A stretch of DNA of 64,000 nt from Azolla caroliniana (lineage: Eukaryota; Plantae; Polypodiophyta): NCBI GenBank assembly GCA_043228905.1, contig JBHGNT010000006.1:17980001-18044000 (forward strand), in the 5' to 3' direction. Of this stretch, positions 48,424-59,800 are shown piece by piece. A program made the position numbers and the translations under genes. Position 1 is the first letter of the stretch, and every line of letters starts with the position of its first letter. The notes under the pieces were generated by a model. That model searched no databases. It saw only the letters and a list, made by a program, of their open reading frames with translations, and was not told the origin of the DNA.

Positions 48424-49390
48424 CGGTATACGTTGAGAGCATAAACATGTTGGATGGCTTAGTAGACGATGAAGTCGATGAGTACTTAGATGAACATCCC
48501 AAGATCGTGCCGTTATTTGAGGTAGATGACACCGAAGACGTCACACTGTACGTCATGCATTCAGAGGAAGTCTTGACGAGCCGGATCGGGAGGCAATCCG
48601 GGAATTGTGACAGGCTCGGTAATCGCCCCAACTGTACCAACACTAGATCAACCTTAGTAAGGACACGAAGCTGGTGGCGCAACGACGTTACCGATGACCC
48701 CAAACTATGCAACAAGAGTTAAAGATGAAATTGATAAGCTTTTGAAAGTCGGTTTCATTCGATCAGTAAAACAAGCAACCTAGCTAAGTCATATTAGTGT
48801 TGTCCCAAAGAAAACCAACAAGATTGTCTATGTGGACTATTGGAAACTGAACATCGCTACGGTAATGGACACATTCTTGCTGCCATTCACAGATAGGGTG
48901 TTAGACGTAGTAGCTGGTCATGAGGTATATAACAATATGGATGGATTTAGTGGCTATAATCAAATCCGGATGCACCCAACCGATCAGGAGAAAACGACGT
49001 TCATTACGGCATGGGGAGTGTTTGTTGTGGTAGTAATGATGTTCGGTCTAAAGACGACACCAACGACATTCTAGAGGATTATCATGGAAATATTTGGGAA
49101 ATATATTCTAACGTTCATGAAGGTCTTTTTGGATGATTTTGCAGTTTATAACCGGAAGGGAGAATATTTGGACCATCTCCGGATTTGTCTGGAGAAGTGT
49201 CGGGGATTCCGACTAAGCTTGAATCCAACGAAATGTGTTTTCGAGGTAACCAACGGGACACTACTCGAGCACATCGTTAGTAAAGATGGAATCGTTGTGG
49301 ATCCGGACAAGGTGACAACCATCTTAAAAGCACAAGCACCGACTAACATTAATGCATTGGGCTATTTTTTAGGTCAAATCCAGTGGCACA
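48424..49390 (+). pseudogene. Gypsy-A protease linker and RT; RNase H and integrase deleted
   Basis: DGFSGYNQI and VFLDD motifs; after GQIQWH the sequence jumps to the pol/extra-ORF spacer. Confidence 0.87.
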
Positions 49391-49516
49391 ACCATCATGA
49401 AGAGACAAGGAAGAGATACTATTCGATATGATGAATGGTCACCACGAAAAGGCGTCACATCAGCCATTTAAAACGCACCACGCGGCATAATCATACTATT
49501 ATAGTACACGACATGC

Positions 49517-51649
49517 ATGCGCGGGAATCAAGAAAAGGCGGCTGGAAGAATGGGGGCACAAAACTTCCAGATGACCAAAAGCCTGTCATTTCGCGAAAGA
49601 AGGATTTTGAGAACGCAACAGAGCACACATGGTTCCGGAGGAGCACAGGCAATCAACCAAGCCCAAGGAAATCACCACAACAGTGCAGTCGAAGAAGAAG
49701 ACACTGAACCTATGGCACTCTTGACCGCGACAAGGGATTGGCTCACCAAACATGGATTGGAAGGCTTTCTCCAGGTAGCAGAGGCCCCACGACCCAAAGA
49801 ACCAGAGAAGGTTGCATTGAAAATCGGCCTTGAACAAATCACTAAGGGCACAATGCAAGCGCTTGTCGGATTGCCTACCGGAGGGCTGCACTCCATGGAA
49901 AACCCCTCCACCAAAATCCTGATAGAGTACTTCAAAGATCACTCCATTGCAAGCAAGGCGTACAGAACACAAGGTGGGGAGGATCCCTTGTTTCAGGAGA
50001 TGGCCCATGTTTTATTAGAATATGGTTTTGTACACCCTCGCCCACGGGCCATGCTGAAGAATAGAGCTGGTTTTATCATAGCCACATTTGAAGGCGTCAA
50101 AGTGGACTGGCCGATAATCGTGGAGGATGCTTTGAGGGTAGACATCCAATCCGTCATAGATGGCAAAAAGGCATGGTGCGGGTTGACACAATGGCTAACC
50201 CTGTTAGTAACCCCAACACACACCATCAAGCCAAAGAAACGGGCCCAACTAGAAACCACACTGAATAAGGCATCCAAACGATAACAGCTCCTGTCAAAGC
50301 ACAACCCCGAATGGACGAAAAGGGAATCATCTTAGCGGACACAGGAACCAATGGAGCCAGTTCCAGAGAAAAAGGCCAAACCAATCAAAATCAAGCTGCG
50401 CCGGTACAACGAGGACAGGGATAGGGACGACCTAGTCCGCTAGGTGAACCAGGAAACCGCGAAGGAAGAGGCTGAACATGAACCAGCCAAAGCCCTTCAA
50501 CGTCACCCAACGAAGCATGACACGGAGTAGGAGGGGGAAGGATCGGGTCTGGAGCAGGACAGTACCCTGAAGACCTACTCAGCGGTGATACAACCCAGGA
50601 CAAAGGAAGAGCCAGGAATAAGACCAGAAGCGGTCACAATGGCTCAACAGGAACCAGTTATAGAAAGTTGGACCTTGTTGAGAAGTAAGCTCAACATGGT
50701 ATGTGGTGCTTATTGGGAAATAAGCTATAGTGGCTACTTAGCTACTTGTGAACATAAAGGAGAAACAACTAATTAGCTACTGACAGCTAATTAGCTACCG
50801 ACAACTATTTAGCGACTGACAACTAATTAGCTGCATATGTAAGTAACTTATTACTTAGGTAAAAAGAAGAGAGTAGGTAAGTAAGAAACATACAGGAAGT
50901 AGAACTCTGAGAGAGAGAGTGAGGATAGAGAGGAAGAACTCAGAGAGTGAGAGTAGAAGAGAGAAACAGATGAGAGCAAGTAGAGCTCTGCGTGTAATGA
51001 AATAGAAGAAGTTTTGGTTGCTACAGAGGTAAGTCTCCTTCCCCCTTCCCTTCTGTGTTTGAGCACCAAACGATCCAGCACACCACGATCCGCCGCGCAC
51101 ATAAGAAGAGCCCGAGTGCCTTCTTCACATTTTCTTAACAGACCTCACTGGGTCTTCAAGCACATGAGCACGAGGAACGCCATCCAGAGCGGACATTGGA
51201 ACCACTGACACAATGCCTCAAAAAGGAGTACGAACCAAGACCGGAGCTAGGGTAGTAGTTTGCTGACCTAACACATGGAACATGCTGACAATGATTAAAG
51301 TGGGTCGGAGAGCAAGTAGCCGGTGCTGCCGACCGAATGGAGGACGAACAACGACAAGTTGGAAGTCAGGCAGAACGGTTGTTAGCCACAATAGAAGAAT
51401 TAGAGAAGGCCCGGGCATAGATCCAAAGCCTGGCGGAAGAGTTGAAAAGGGCCAAGGAATACCCAGTCATCATGGCTAACATGGGCCAACAATGTGCAGT
51501 AATGGAGCCGGTGCCACCGGCTAATCTACAAAAGGAAGCTCCGGAAACGGATGCACAATCGATGGTTAGTATAGCCCTGGAAAAAAATGTTAGGCGAGAA
51601 CATGAAATCTTAACCATAAGGGAGGAATTAACCACTCAGGAAGCATTGT

Positions 51650-51680
<31 letters not shown>

Positions 51681-52944
51681 AAAGCAGACAGCTGAAGAAG
51701 AAAAGCGGAGAATAGAAAAAAATCTCTGGAAAAGTCACACAAACAACGACCGGTTGAAGGAGGAAAGAGAAAATTTGCTGCAAGAGAAGGATAAGCTCTG
51801 AAGAATGGCGGAAATGGAAATAGAGTGGCTTAAGGAAGAAATCGAACAAAAGGACCAGGAGGATCGAGTACGCTCTCAAATCAACCGGCGCCTTAAGCAG
51901 AAAAAGGAGGATTTGGAAAAGCTACATTGGGACCACAAGCAACTAGACGCCGAACACAAGAAGCTTGGGTCGGAATTTGACCGGTAGCAAGAGAAGATGA
52001 AAGAAATCTCGACGAAGCTGGCCAAGAAAACGGAGGCGTTGGCGGAGGAACACACCCAGGCGCTTGCTACGGCGAAGGCCCTTACAGAAGGGGCAAAGGA
52101 AAAAACGGAGTTGAACCGGAAGCACTATGAAGAAACAGAACGGGCTAAAATGGTTTTGGATAAGATTCAAACGACCTACCAAACCAAGTTCCTCGAGTAT
52201 GAAATGCAGGCATAGGCCACTGCCGCACTCATCAAGAAGATGAAGGACGAAAAGAAGGCTGCAGAGGACAGTATAAAGCTCGTTGTGGAACGAATACAGA
52301 TGATAGTCATGGCATCGAAGAACCGGACAAAGGAGAATATCGATGACTCCTCGACGGCAATGTGGACGCGATGGTCACAACAAGAGGTAGAATTATAGAT
52401 ACTTTGGGCAGATGCAAAGAACTGAAAAAAAACCGGGGATAATTTCTACAAGATGGACGAAGAGAGTATAGGCACCATCCAGGAGGAATTGGCAGACAAC
52501 TTCTTTTCCATGGCTGAATCCCACCTCGAAGATGTCCGGAGGCTGATTGAAAGGCTTCTTCATGATCAACTCAATACACAACTTCAATTTGAGCGATTCG
52601 AACGGGAACGCCGGTGGCTGGAAGCAGAAAAACGGAGGGCAGCAATAAATATAAGTGATGAGGAGCATATTGCGGAACCGCAACCGCATCAGGAGGAGCA
52701 GCCAAATGAAGTCGAGGGTGAACAACCAATGGAAGCTGGTGTGGACCAAAACAAAATGGTCAGGTTGGAGCAGCAAGCAAGAACCAGAAATGAGGAAAAT
52801 GTTGAAGCTGATGCAAGAACGGATATGCCACAACCGAAAGAAGCCAGAGAGCAACAACAGGCGCAACATGAGCAACAACAACAGAATGAAGAACCACTCG
52901 AAACCCTAGACCAGAGCATATTGGACATACTCGACGAGGATTGA
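49517..52944 (+). pseudogene. Gypsy-A extra sense ORF, interrupted by a solo LTR
   Basis: WLTKHGLEGFL, ASKAYRTQGGEDPLF and ATFEGVKVDW motifs; coiled-coil region; ends SILDILDED*. Confidence 0.8.
50676..51140. mobile_element. Solo LTR of an unrelated family
   Basis: TGTT...AACA termini with TSD GACCT at 50671-50675 and 51141-51145. Confidence 0.85.
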
Positions 52945-52996
52945 CGGGGCTATCCCGTGAGTTCAATGTACAATGTACTTTCCCATAGGCATGCCA
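52945..52996 (+). other. Decayed tRNA-3'-end-like hairpin ending in CCA at the PPT position of Gypsy-A
   Basis: CCCGTGAGTTCAATGTACAATGTACTTTCCCATAGGCATGCCA ends 1 nt before the 3' LTR; differs from the Gypsy-B motif mostly by CpG-type transitions. Confidence 0.62.
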
Positions 52997-52997
52997 G

Positions 52998-53452
52998 TGT
53001 TGGCCGATGGCCGGAGTATGAAAGACAAGTGGGGGACATGTTAGAAATGGAATTTAAGTTATTAGTATTAGTGATTAATTACTTAGAATTAAAATAGGAA
53101 TGGACGGATTTGGAAGAGTGGCATTGATCTAGATCCGGACCAATTCGTAACCGGTTGCCGATATGGCACCGTTTTGTAAACAGAACCGAATGCCTATAAA
53201 TGGATCCGAAGAATGATGTATTAAGTCCGACGGAATTAATATAAGTGAAGTAGGATTTAAGATTATTGTGTATCTATGTACTTTCCGTTTTGTGCGTATT
53301 GTCTTATCTTACGCATGTAATCAATTCATGTACGTTGTTAATCCCGAACCAATCCGGATAAAATTATATCTGTGTCGGAACCATTAACCCCTTTGGTGAA
53401 GTGATCCGGAAGGACACCCTGTGTTAGTGGCTAGTCCGGCCCCGGAATAACA
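52998..53452 (+). repeat. 3' LTR of Gypsy-A
   Basis: Direct repeat of 5173-5638, followed by TSD GTCTA. Confidence 0.92.
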
Positions 53453-55102
53453 GTCTATCCGGACGAACTTAAACTTTCGTTTGGATTGCGTTTTCATTCT
53501 CTCTTGGAACTCTTTGAAGATGAATAACACCAGATCCTTTTATCTTCAACGCGGAAGCCCACAACATCTGGATATAATCATCTTTGAAGGTCATGTAATT
53601 TATTGTGCATCGACATGTGACTTCATATCAACATAGCATTTGTCTATATGCACGACTTCTAGAGCGTTCTTCATCCTCATCGGAGGTCTAGGATGAAACA
53701 CAACCCTATTCTCCTTACTGGCCTAGTAGTCAACGCATTTGTCGATATGCACATTCGTCACCTCCGACAGGAGTTCCTTTCTAGCTAGTATCTACGTACC
53801 TTTCTAACTCCTTTGCCACAACGCGTTGGCTATGTCGGTTGCCACATTTATCTCGTTCTGGCTCAATCATGCATGCATCACATATAATGTATTTTGCTTT
53901 CGGGCACGAGCCACAATTAGATTTCCCTTGCAGAATTTCCATGTGCCGTTTCAGAAGTTACCACTGTAACCTTCATCGTCCAGCCATCTGGCCGATATCA
54001 GATTCAACCTGATATCGAGAACATGGTATACATCTTTCAATACCATTCTACAACCTGTTGACGTCAACAAACATACTTCTCCGACTCTGACAATCTTGCA
54101 TGCACCATCATTTCCCATTTTCATGTAGTCGTAATCTCTAGTCTTGGAGGATGAGAAGCACTCTCTGTTGGGGGTCATGTGAAATGACACAGTCGAATCA
54201 AGCACCCAAGATGATTCATCGCTGGCAAGATTTACTTCATTCTATTCATTGATGAACAACAACTCCCCCTCGCTTGTGATAATGGTTGAGGTGTTCTTAC
54301 TTTTCGGAATCTTCTTCAGATCGGCACCTTCAGCTCCCCCTTTGTCCTTCCAGTAATGCTTATAGTTCTTCTGGAAGTGTCCTAACTACCCACAATAGAA
54401 GCACGTGAGCATTCCCTTTAACTTCGACCTCGGTCTGGACCTGTCCTTGTTTTTGCAAATTTCTCTGCCTGCCCCTTCCTTTATTAGAATCACCATCTGT
54501 GACTAGGACCGTATGATCAGAGATGGACTCTCTATCCTTCCGATGAGCTTCTTCATTCAGCAAGCTTGACTTCACCATCTCTAGGGACAACTGCTTCCCT
54601 TGTGATCCCGCATGACACAGGGTCACCATGAGTGTCTCCCAACAATTCAGAAGGGATCCCAATAGCAACAATGCCAGTACCTCATCAGCTAGAGGTACTT
54701 CCATTGAGGTGGTCCGATTGATTAATCCTTGGAAGGCATTTAGGTGCTTAGCCATATATGAGCCATCCAGATATCTCAGCCTCACTATCTTCTTGAAGAC
54801 GGAGACTTTGTTTACAATGTTCTAGTTCACAAACATGAACCTGATCTTCTTCCAAAGGATGTCGGCTTGTGTCTCTTGATTGAAGTGGTTTATAGACTCA
54901 TGTCTATAAAACACCTTATATATGCAATTGTCTTTAGATGCATGACTTCCCAAGTCAATGCATTGATCTTGTCTGGTTTTTCTTTGCCATATTGCACCAG
55001 CAACCACAGGTCTTTGCATACGAGCATGTCTCTCATCTTCGACTTCCAAACTGAGTAGTTGGAGCCGATTAGCTTGAAGATCCCTCCAAAGGATTCATCC
55101 AT
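53453..55102 (-). pseudogene. Copia-0 gag, protease and integrase N-terminus
   Basis: MDESFGGIFKLIGSNYSVWKSKMRDML start; LDSTVSFHMTP protease; many stops and frameshifts. Confidence 0.88.
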
Positions 55103-55131
55103 ATTTCTATAGCTTGGAGATTAGGAACCTC

Positions 55132-55143
55132 GCTTTGATACCA
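55132..55143 (-). promoter_or_regulatory. Primer binding site (tRNA-iMet, one mismatch) of Copia-0
   Basis: TGGTATCAAAGC on the minus strand. Confidence 0.85.
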
Positions 55144-55146
55144 GTT

Positions 55147-55752
55147 TGATAGAATATGGGACCGGCCACAACCGGTTCACAAGAAAAATGTGAAAAGATA
55201 ATAACGGAAACAACTGAAAACAGAGAATGCATACACACAAAGACACGTGATATTAATGTGGAAACCCTAAAAGGGAAAAACCATGGGAGCCCACAGACTC
55301 GAAATAGAATGACTATGTAAAGAGGAATACACAAGAAACTCTAGGCAAAAACCTTGTGCTCGTCTTCGTCTTGCCGATGGTTACTCACACTCTCTCCATC
55401 TGTACATCACCCAATGATTACCACACTATATTCATAATGATTCCCTAGGTGTATTTATACTCACACACAGTATGGGCTATTTACAAATATAGCCCAAACT
55501 GGATGAATCAGATTTAGCCAAATCGGTCACAATCCGGATTGGCTATGGGCCGATCAACTTTCATCCGATTCAGCTAATGACCAATTGGTTATTGGCATAC
55601 TCTCATCAAATTAGCCATCGGTTGATCAACTGGCTACCATTTTGATTTGGATTTCCTATCCAGATCCTAGCTGGATAGCCAACTCCGATTTGGCTCTCTG
55701 CTAGACAGTCTCTGATTCGGCTCTCAAACTATCCCATCCGGAGGGACTAACA
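55147..55752 (-). repeat. 5' LTR of Copia-0
   Basis: TGTTAGTCCCTCCGGATGGG...TATCA on the minus strand; shares GTGGAAACCCTA and CTATTTACAAATATAGCC motifs with the Copia-1/2/3 LTRs. Confidence 0.85.
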
Positions 55753-56299
55753 CCAAGGTTTATTCCAATTGCTTCACAACATTGTGGCTCCAAACCTTGG
55801 GGGCAGAACTGAAATATGGCTAACACCAAAGTTTTCACCTCCTTTGACATGAATTGGGTGCTTTCGCTAGCAAATGACGATGTTACGTACCCCCATCAAA
55901 ACACGTTGTTGTGATGATGATGATAACAATGTTTCATGTTTTAATCTCAACCCGATCATAGCCACCATTATGAATGGACAAAATGAGATGCCTAGAAATG
56001 TCTCTAAAGTTAAATGGCTTCCTAAAATTCGAGGCTTGTCCACTACTCATGCCACACATTAACGGTGTAAGAAACCTTCGAAATATTTAAGTAATCCGTC
56101 GCTCCCACTCAAATTCCAACACTAGAAGAAGAGGTTGTGTTTCTAGCCCAATTCAAACTATGTCAACAAGGCACTCTATGTTCATCATCATGGACCACCA
56201 TAAAGATTAAGCCATGTTGATATACCTCTTGAACAAATTTATTGTTGTGTTTTTCCCTCATGGGAGAAGAAGTCCAAATGATATTTGGGCATTGACTAG

Positions 56300-56374
56300 T
56301 GTTACCCCGAAAGGGCTGAAAGGCCAAAAAGGGTTGAAAGGCCGGAAGGGGCTGAAAGGCCGAAAAGTATAAAT
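56300..56374. repeat. Possible start of another LTR (TGTTAC...) with three ~20-bp GGGCTGAAAGGCC repeats, interrupted by Gypsy-C
   Basis: Abrupt compositional change at TGTTACCCCG; the other end is not in the window. Confidence 0.4.
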
Positions 56375-56764
56375 TGTTGGCCGGTCAGAAGAGCAAGGAC
56401 AAGTGGGAAGGCGGAGTCGGATCGGATAATAGGAAGTAAATAATAGTAGAATTATTATTCGGAGGGACGGATCCGGTACAGTTGTACCGATCCGGATCCG
56501 GACCGATTCGGATGTCGGTTGCCTAAGCGCACCGATTGTAACCTTGCCGGATGCCTATAAAAGGATCCGATGATTTGTAAAGGGTTTGGACGGAAGTAAT
56601 ACAATAGTAATTATTGCATGTTTATTTGTATCTCGTATTGTTTACCGTTTGTGCTTAATTGTAATCATCTTACGCGTGTAACCTAGCATCCAATCCTTAC
56701 CACCCCTTTGGAGAAGTGTCGGATAGACACCTGTGTTGAGGCTAGTCCGGCCAGACAGACAACA
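56375..56764 (+). repeat. 5' LTR of Gypsy-C
   Basis: TGTTG...CAACA termini; shares CCGATCCGGATCCGG, CCTATAAA and CACCCCTTTGG motifs with the A/B LTRs. Confidence 0.88.
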
Positions 56765-56770
56765 CTATTT

Positions 56771-56780
56771 TGGCGACCAC
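56771..56780 (+). promoter_or_regulatory. Primer binding site of Gypsy-C (probably tRNA-Arg UCG)
   Basis: TGGCGACCAC 6 nt after the LTR. Confidence 0.82.
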
Positions 56781-56816
56781 GATTCCTGCAAAGTGCAGAG
56801 GACAACCGGGGGATGG

Positions 56817-59800
56817 ATGTCTAGACCAAACGACGACCACATCACCGAACGAGGGAGACGATACACCGAACGCGAGCAACGACGGGAAGCCCTGCAGCAA
56901 GCCGTCGACGAGATCCGGCGGGATCGGTCATTCTCCAAAACTCTTCGGAGAGTCGCAGAAGAAGCACTGCAGTTCCGGGTTCTGCAAATCCCCGACGAAG
57001 GCAGTAGCATAACAAGCCTGCAAGAGGCGGAAACGATACTGCAGACGGTCGCCGGGGGCGACGGGGACTCGGAAGCATTCGCAACACTTGAGGCGGAGTC
57101 GGAAAGTGACGGAAGCGTTGCGTCCCGGTATAAAAGTAGCCACGACACACCAAACGACCGGGAGGACGAGGGGTCGGAAGACTGAGTAACACCGGCGCCA
57201 GAGGAAGAAATAACCCTGGAATTCGGTGACCGGCAATCGCCGAGGGAGGCTGACCGGATACCGACAACAACCGCGAAGGAACCGAAGGAGCGGATACCGA
57301 CAACACCCATGGAGGAACCAAAGGACCGGACACCGGCAACACCCGCGGAGGAACCAAAGGTTCTCACACCAACGCCAACAGCAGACAGAGAGCGGAGGAA
57401 ACAGGAGAGTCAGTTGGACGACACGATGCCGTACCCATACCCAAAGTACCGGGATGAGGCCGACGCGGAGGCACACGTGTACGCATTCCTCCAAACATGG
57501 GAAGCCAACCATGTCTCCCAAAGACTGACGGAGCCCGAAGCCGAACGATCCAAAGTCGCCGAATTCGGCATAACCTTAGAAGGACCGGCGGCCCGATGGC
57601 ACGCAAAGCACTTACCGGGCAACTTTGCCACATTCGATGCCTTGAAGGCCAGATTCCTCAGGCTTTTTCACAGACAATTTGAGCAAAGGGAATTGGTCGG
57701 GCAGTTCTACACCACTCGGCAGGAAGAGAACGAGATTGTGCCACAATTCATCATTCGGTTTCAGACCCTGCACAGCCAACTGACAAGAGCACCACCCGAA
57801 GACGAAGCCAAAGCAGTCTTTTTGGCCGCACTGAAAGAGCCACTTCGAACAATGTGCGGAGTCCTTGATTTCCAAACCAGCACAATGGACCAAGTTATTG
57901 ATCGGGTTTTAGAAATGGACAAGACTAGCCCCTTCTTGTCGATGGGGATGTTACACCGGGCACTCCCAAAGGAGGAAGACCTGAGGTTCCGACAGGCCTT
58001 ACAATGTACAACATGCCTAAATTCGGGGCACTCAACAGTAGACTGCACCCTGCGGACATAATGTATGATCTGCAACTCTCGAGCCCATACAACGGACCGA
58101 TGCGAATATAACCTGTTAAATCGGCAGGCAGCACCGGTTCGACACATAGAACCGCGCAATCAGAACCCGGACGAGGATCGATTCCGGAGAGACGACCGCT
58201 ACCAACGCGAACGCGGTAACAGATACGCTGATAGAAGACGCGACAACTATGACCGAGAGGAGAGACGCAGAGATAGCTACCCCCGGGACCGGTACGACCG
58301 AGACGAATCCCCGGAATACGACCGACGCAGAGAAGAGAGGCGACAAGGGAACCGAAATTTCCGACGGAATCAGAAGCGTGGATTTTTCCGAAGAGAGGAA
58401 CGTCGGGAGGCAGCGAGGAATGACAACCCGGTATCGGTACCGGATAACCGAAAAACCGAAGACGACCGCCGGAGCATACCCACCCTCCAAACCGGGGACA
58501 AAGGAGAAACGAGCAACAGTCACAAGGTGTACTGTTATTACTGTCGTAAGGAAGGCCACTATAGTAGCCAATGCCCAAGCAAAACCAATGACAAGCAGCC
58601 GGAAGTCAACATGGTTACAGCCGAAATAACAGAAGTACAGCAGGTCACAACCCGGTCAAAGGGAAAGACCGCCGAGTGGGAAGCCCAGGAGGCAATCAGA
58701 AAACAAGTGGCACAATGGATCAAGGAGGCCAATGAACAGAATGCGGCAGAAGTAAGAGACCAAAATATGCCAAAAGACGAAGAAATCATACAGCCAGGAG
58801 AAAACCCGACGTGGCAAGCGCTACAGGACTGTCAAATCGTGTTGCCGTTAGCACGACTACTACAGTTAGTGCCACGGTTTACGACAGACCTACAGGCATC
58901 CGTCAGCAAACCGAAGCCGACGCCAGCACCGACATTCTTCTCCAACCCGGAGGAAGGACCAGCGGTGGTCGATACAAGTAGCCTGGCGATCACGACAATC
59001 GTGAAAGGAAAGGAAATATTCTGGAACGATTATTGACGGAGGCTCCGGGGTAAATGTCATCAGCCAACAGACATGCAACGACCTGGGCATCCGGGAATGG
59101 GAACCATGCCCCTTCTGGTTACGCATGGCGGATACCAGCTCAGTCCGACCGACCGGGCTTATCCGGGATTTGGAAGTAACGATCGGAGGCCACGTATTCC
59201 GGATATCGGCCGTGGTGCTGCATGTGAATGTACAAGGCGTGTACCCCCTACTGCTAGGACGACCATGGCTGCGAACGGCGCATATCAAGCAGAGCTGGCA
59301 AAAGAACATGATCACATTCTGGCGAGGGAAAACAAAGGTACGAGTAACGACGCAACCACGGGTGGTCACCAGTAAGGAAGCAACTCCATTGTATGCGGAA
59401 AGCATTAACATGTTGGAGGGATTACCGGACGAGGAAGTTGAGCGGTACCTCGAGGAACACCCACGAATCGTCCCACTATTTGAGGTGGATATCACGGCGG
59501 CAATAGAACCGTACATTACAATGCCAGATGAACTGGACCAAGCGGCGATCCGGGAACTGCGACAAGTGCAGGAATCCCTAGAGAGGGAAATGACGATATC
59601 CTAGAGGGTAAAAGCATCCCAACTCGAGGAGGTGGACCTCGGCACAACAGACAAGCCCCGACCGGTAAATGTTGCAAAGGAATTGCCGAAGGAAGAAAAG
59701 AAGGCAATGGTAGCATTATTAACAAACTTCAAGTATGTGTTCGCGTGGTCGTACGAAGACATGCGAGGGCTGGACCCCCAGCTCTATCAGCACCAAATTC

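Larger units (their letters stand above)
5173..53452 (+). mobile_element. Ty3/gypsy Gypsy-A (non-chromovirus, Athila/Tat-like RT), host of four nested insertions
   Basis: LTRs 5173-5638 and 52998-53452; TSD GTCTA at 5168-5172 and 53453-53457; PBS; gag, pol and extra-ORF fragments are colinear with Gypsy-B and Gypsy-C. Confidence 0.92.
3949..55752 (-). mobile_element. Old degenerate Ty1/copia Copia-0 (outermost element; 3' end beyond Copia-1)
   Basis: The integrase frame ...KFVRI/DDGGEY... is continuous across 53453 and 5172 once Gypsy-A is removed. LTR, PBS and gag start lie at 55102-55752. Confidence 0.88.

Noticed and set aside
55753-56299. Possible host gene or transposase fragment between elements
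   Set aside because: No recognisable motif or sustained ORF; left unassigned.
56733-57185. Separate ORF upstream of gag in Gypsy-C (also 7765-8214 in Gypsy-B)
   Set aside because: In frame with gag; the stops lie at different positions in B and C and fit CGA>TGA decay, so this is the gag N-terminus.
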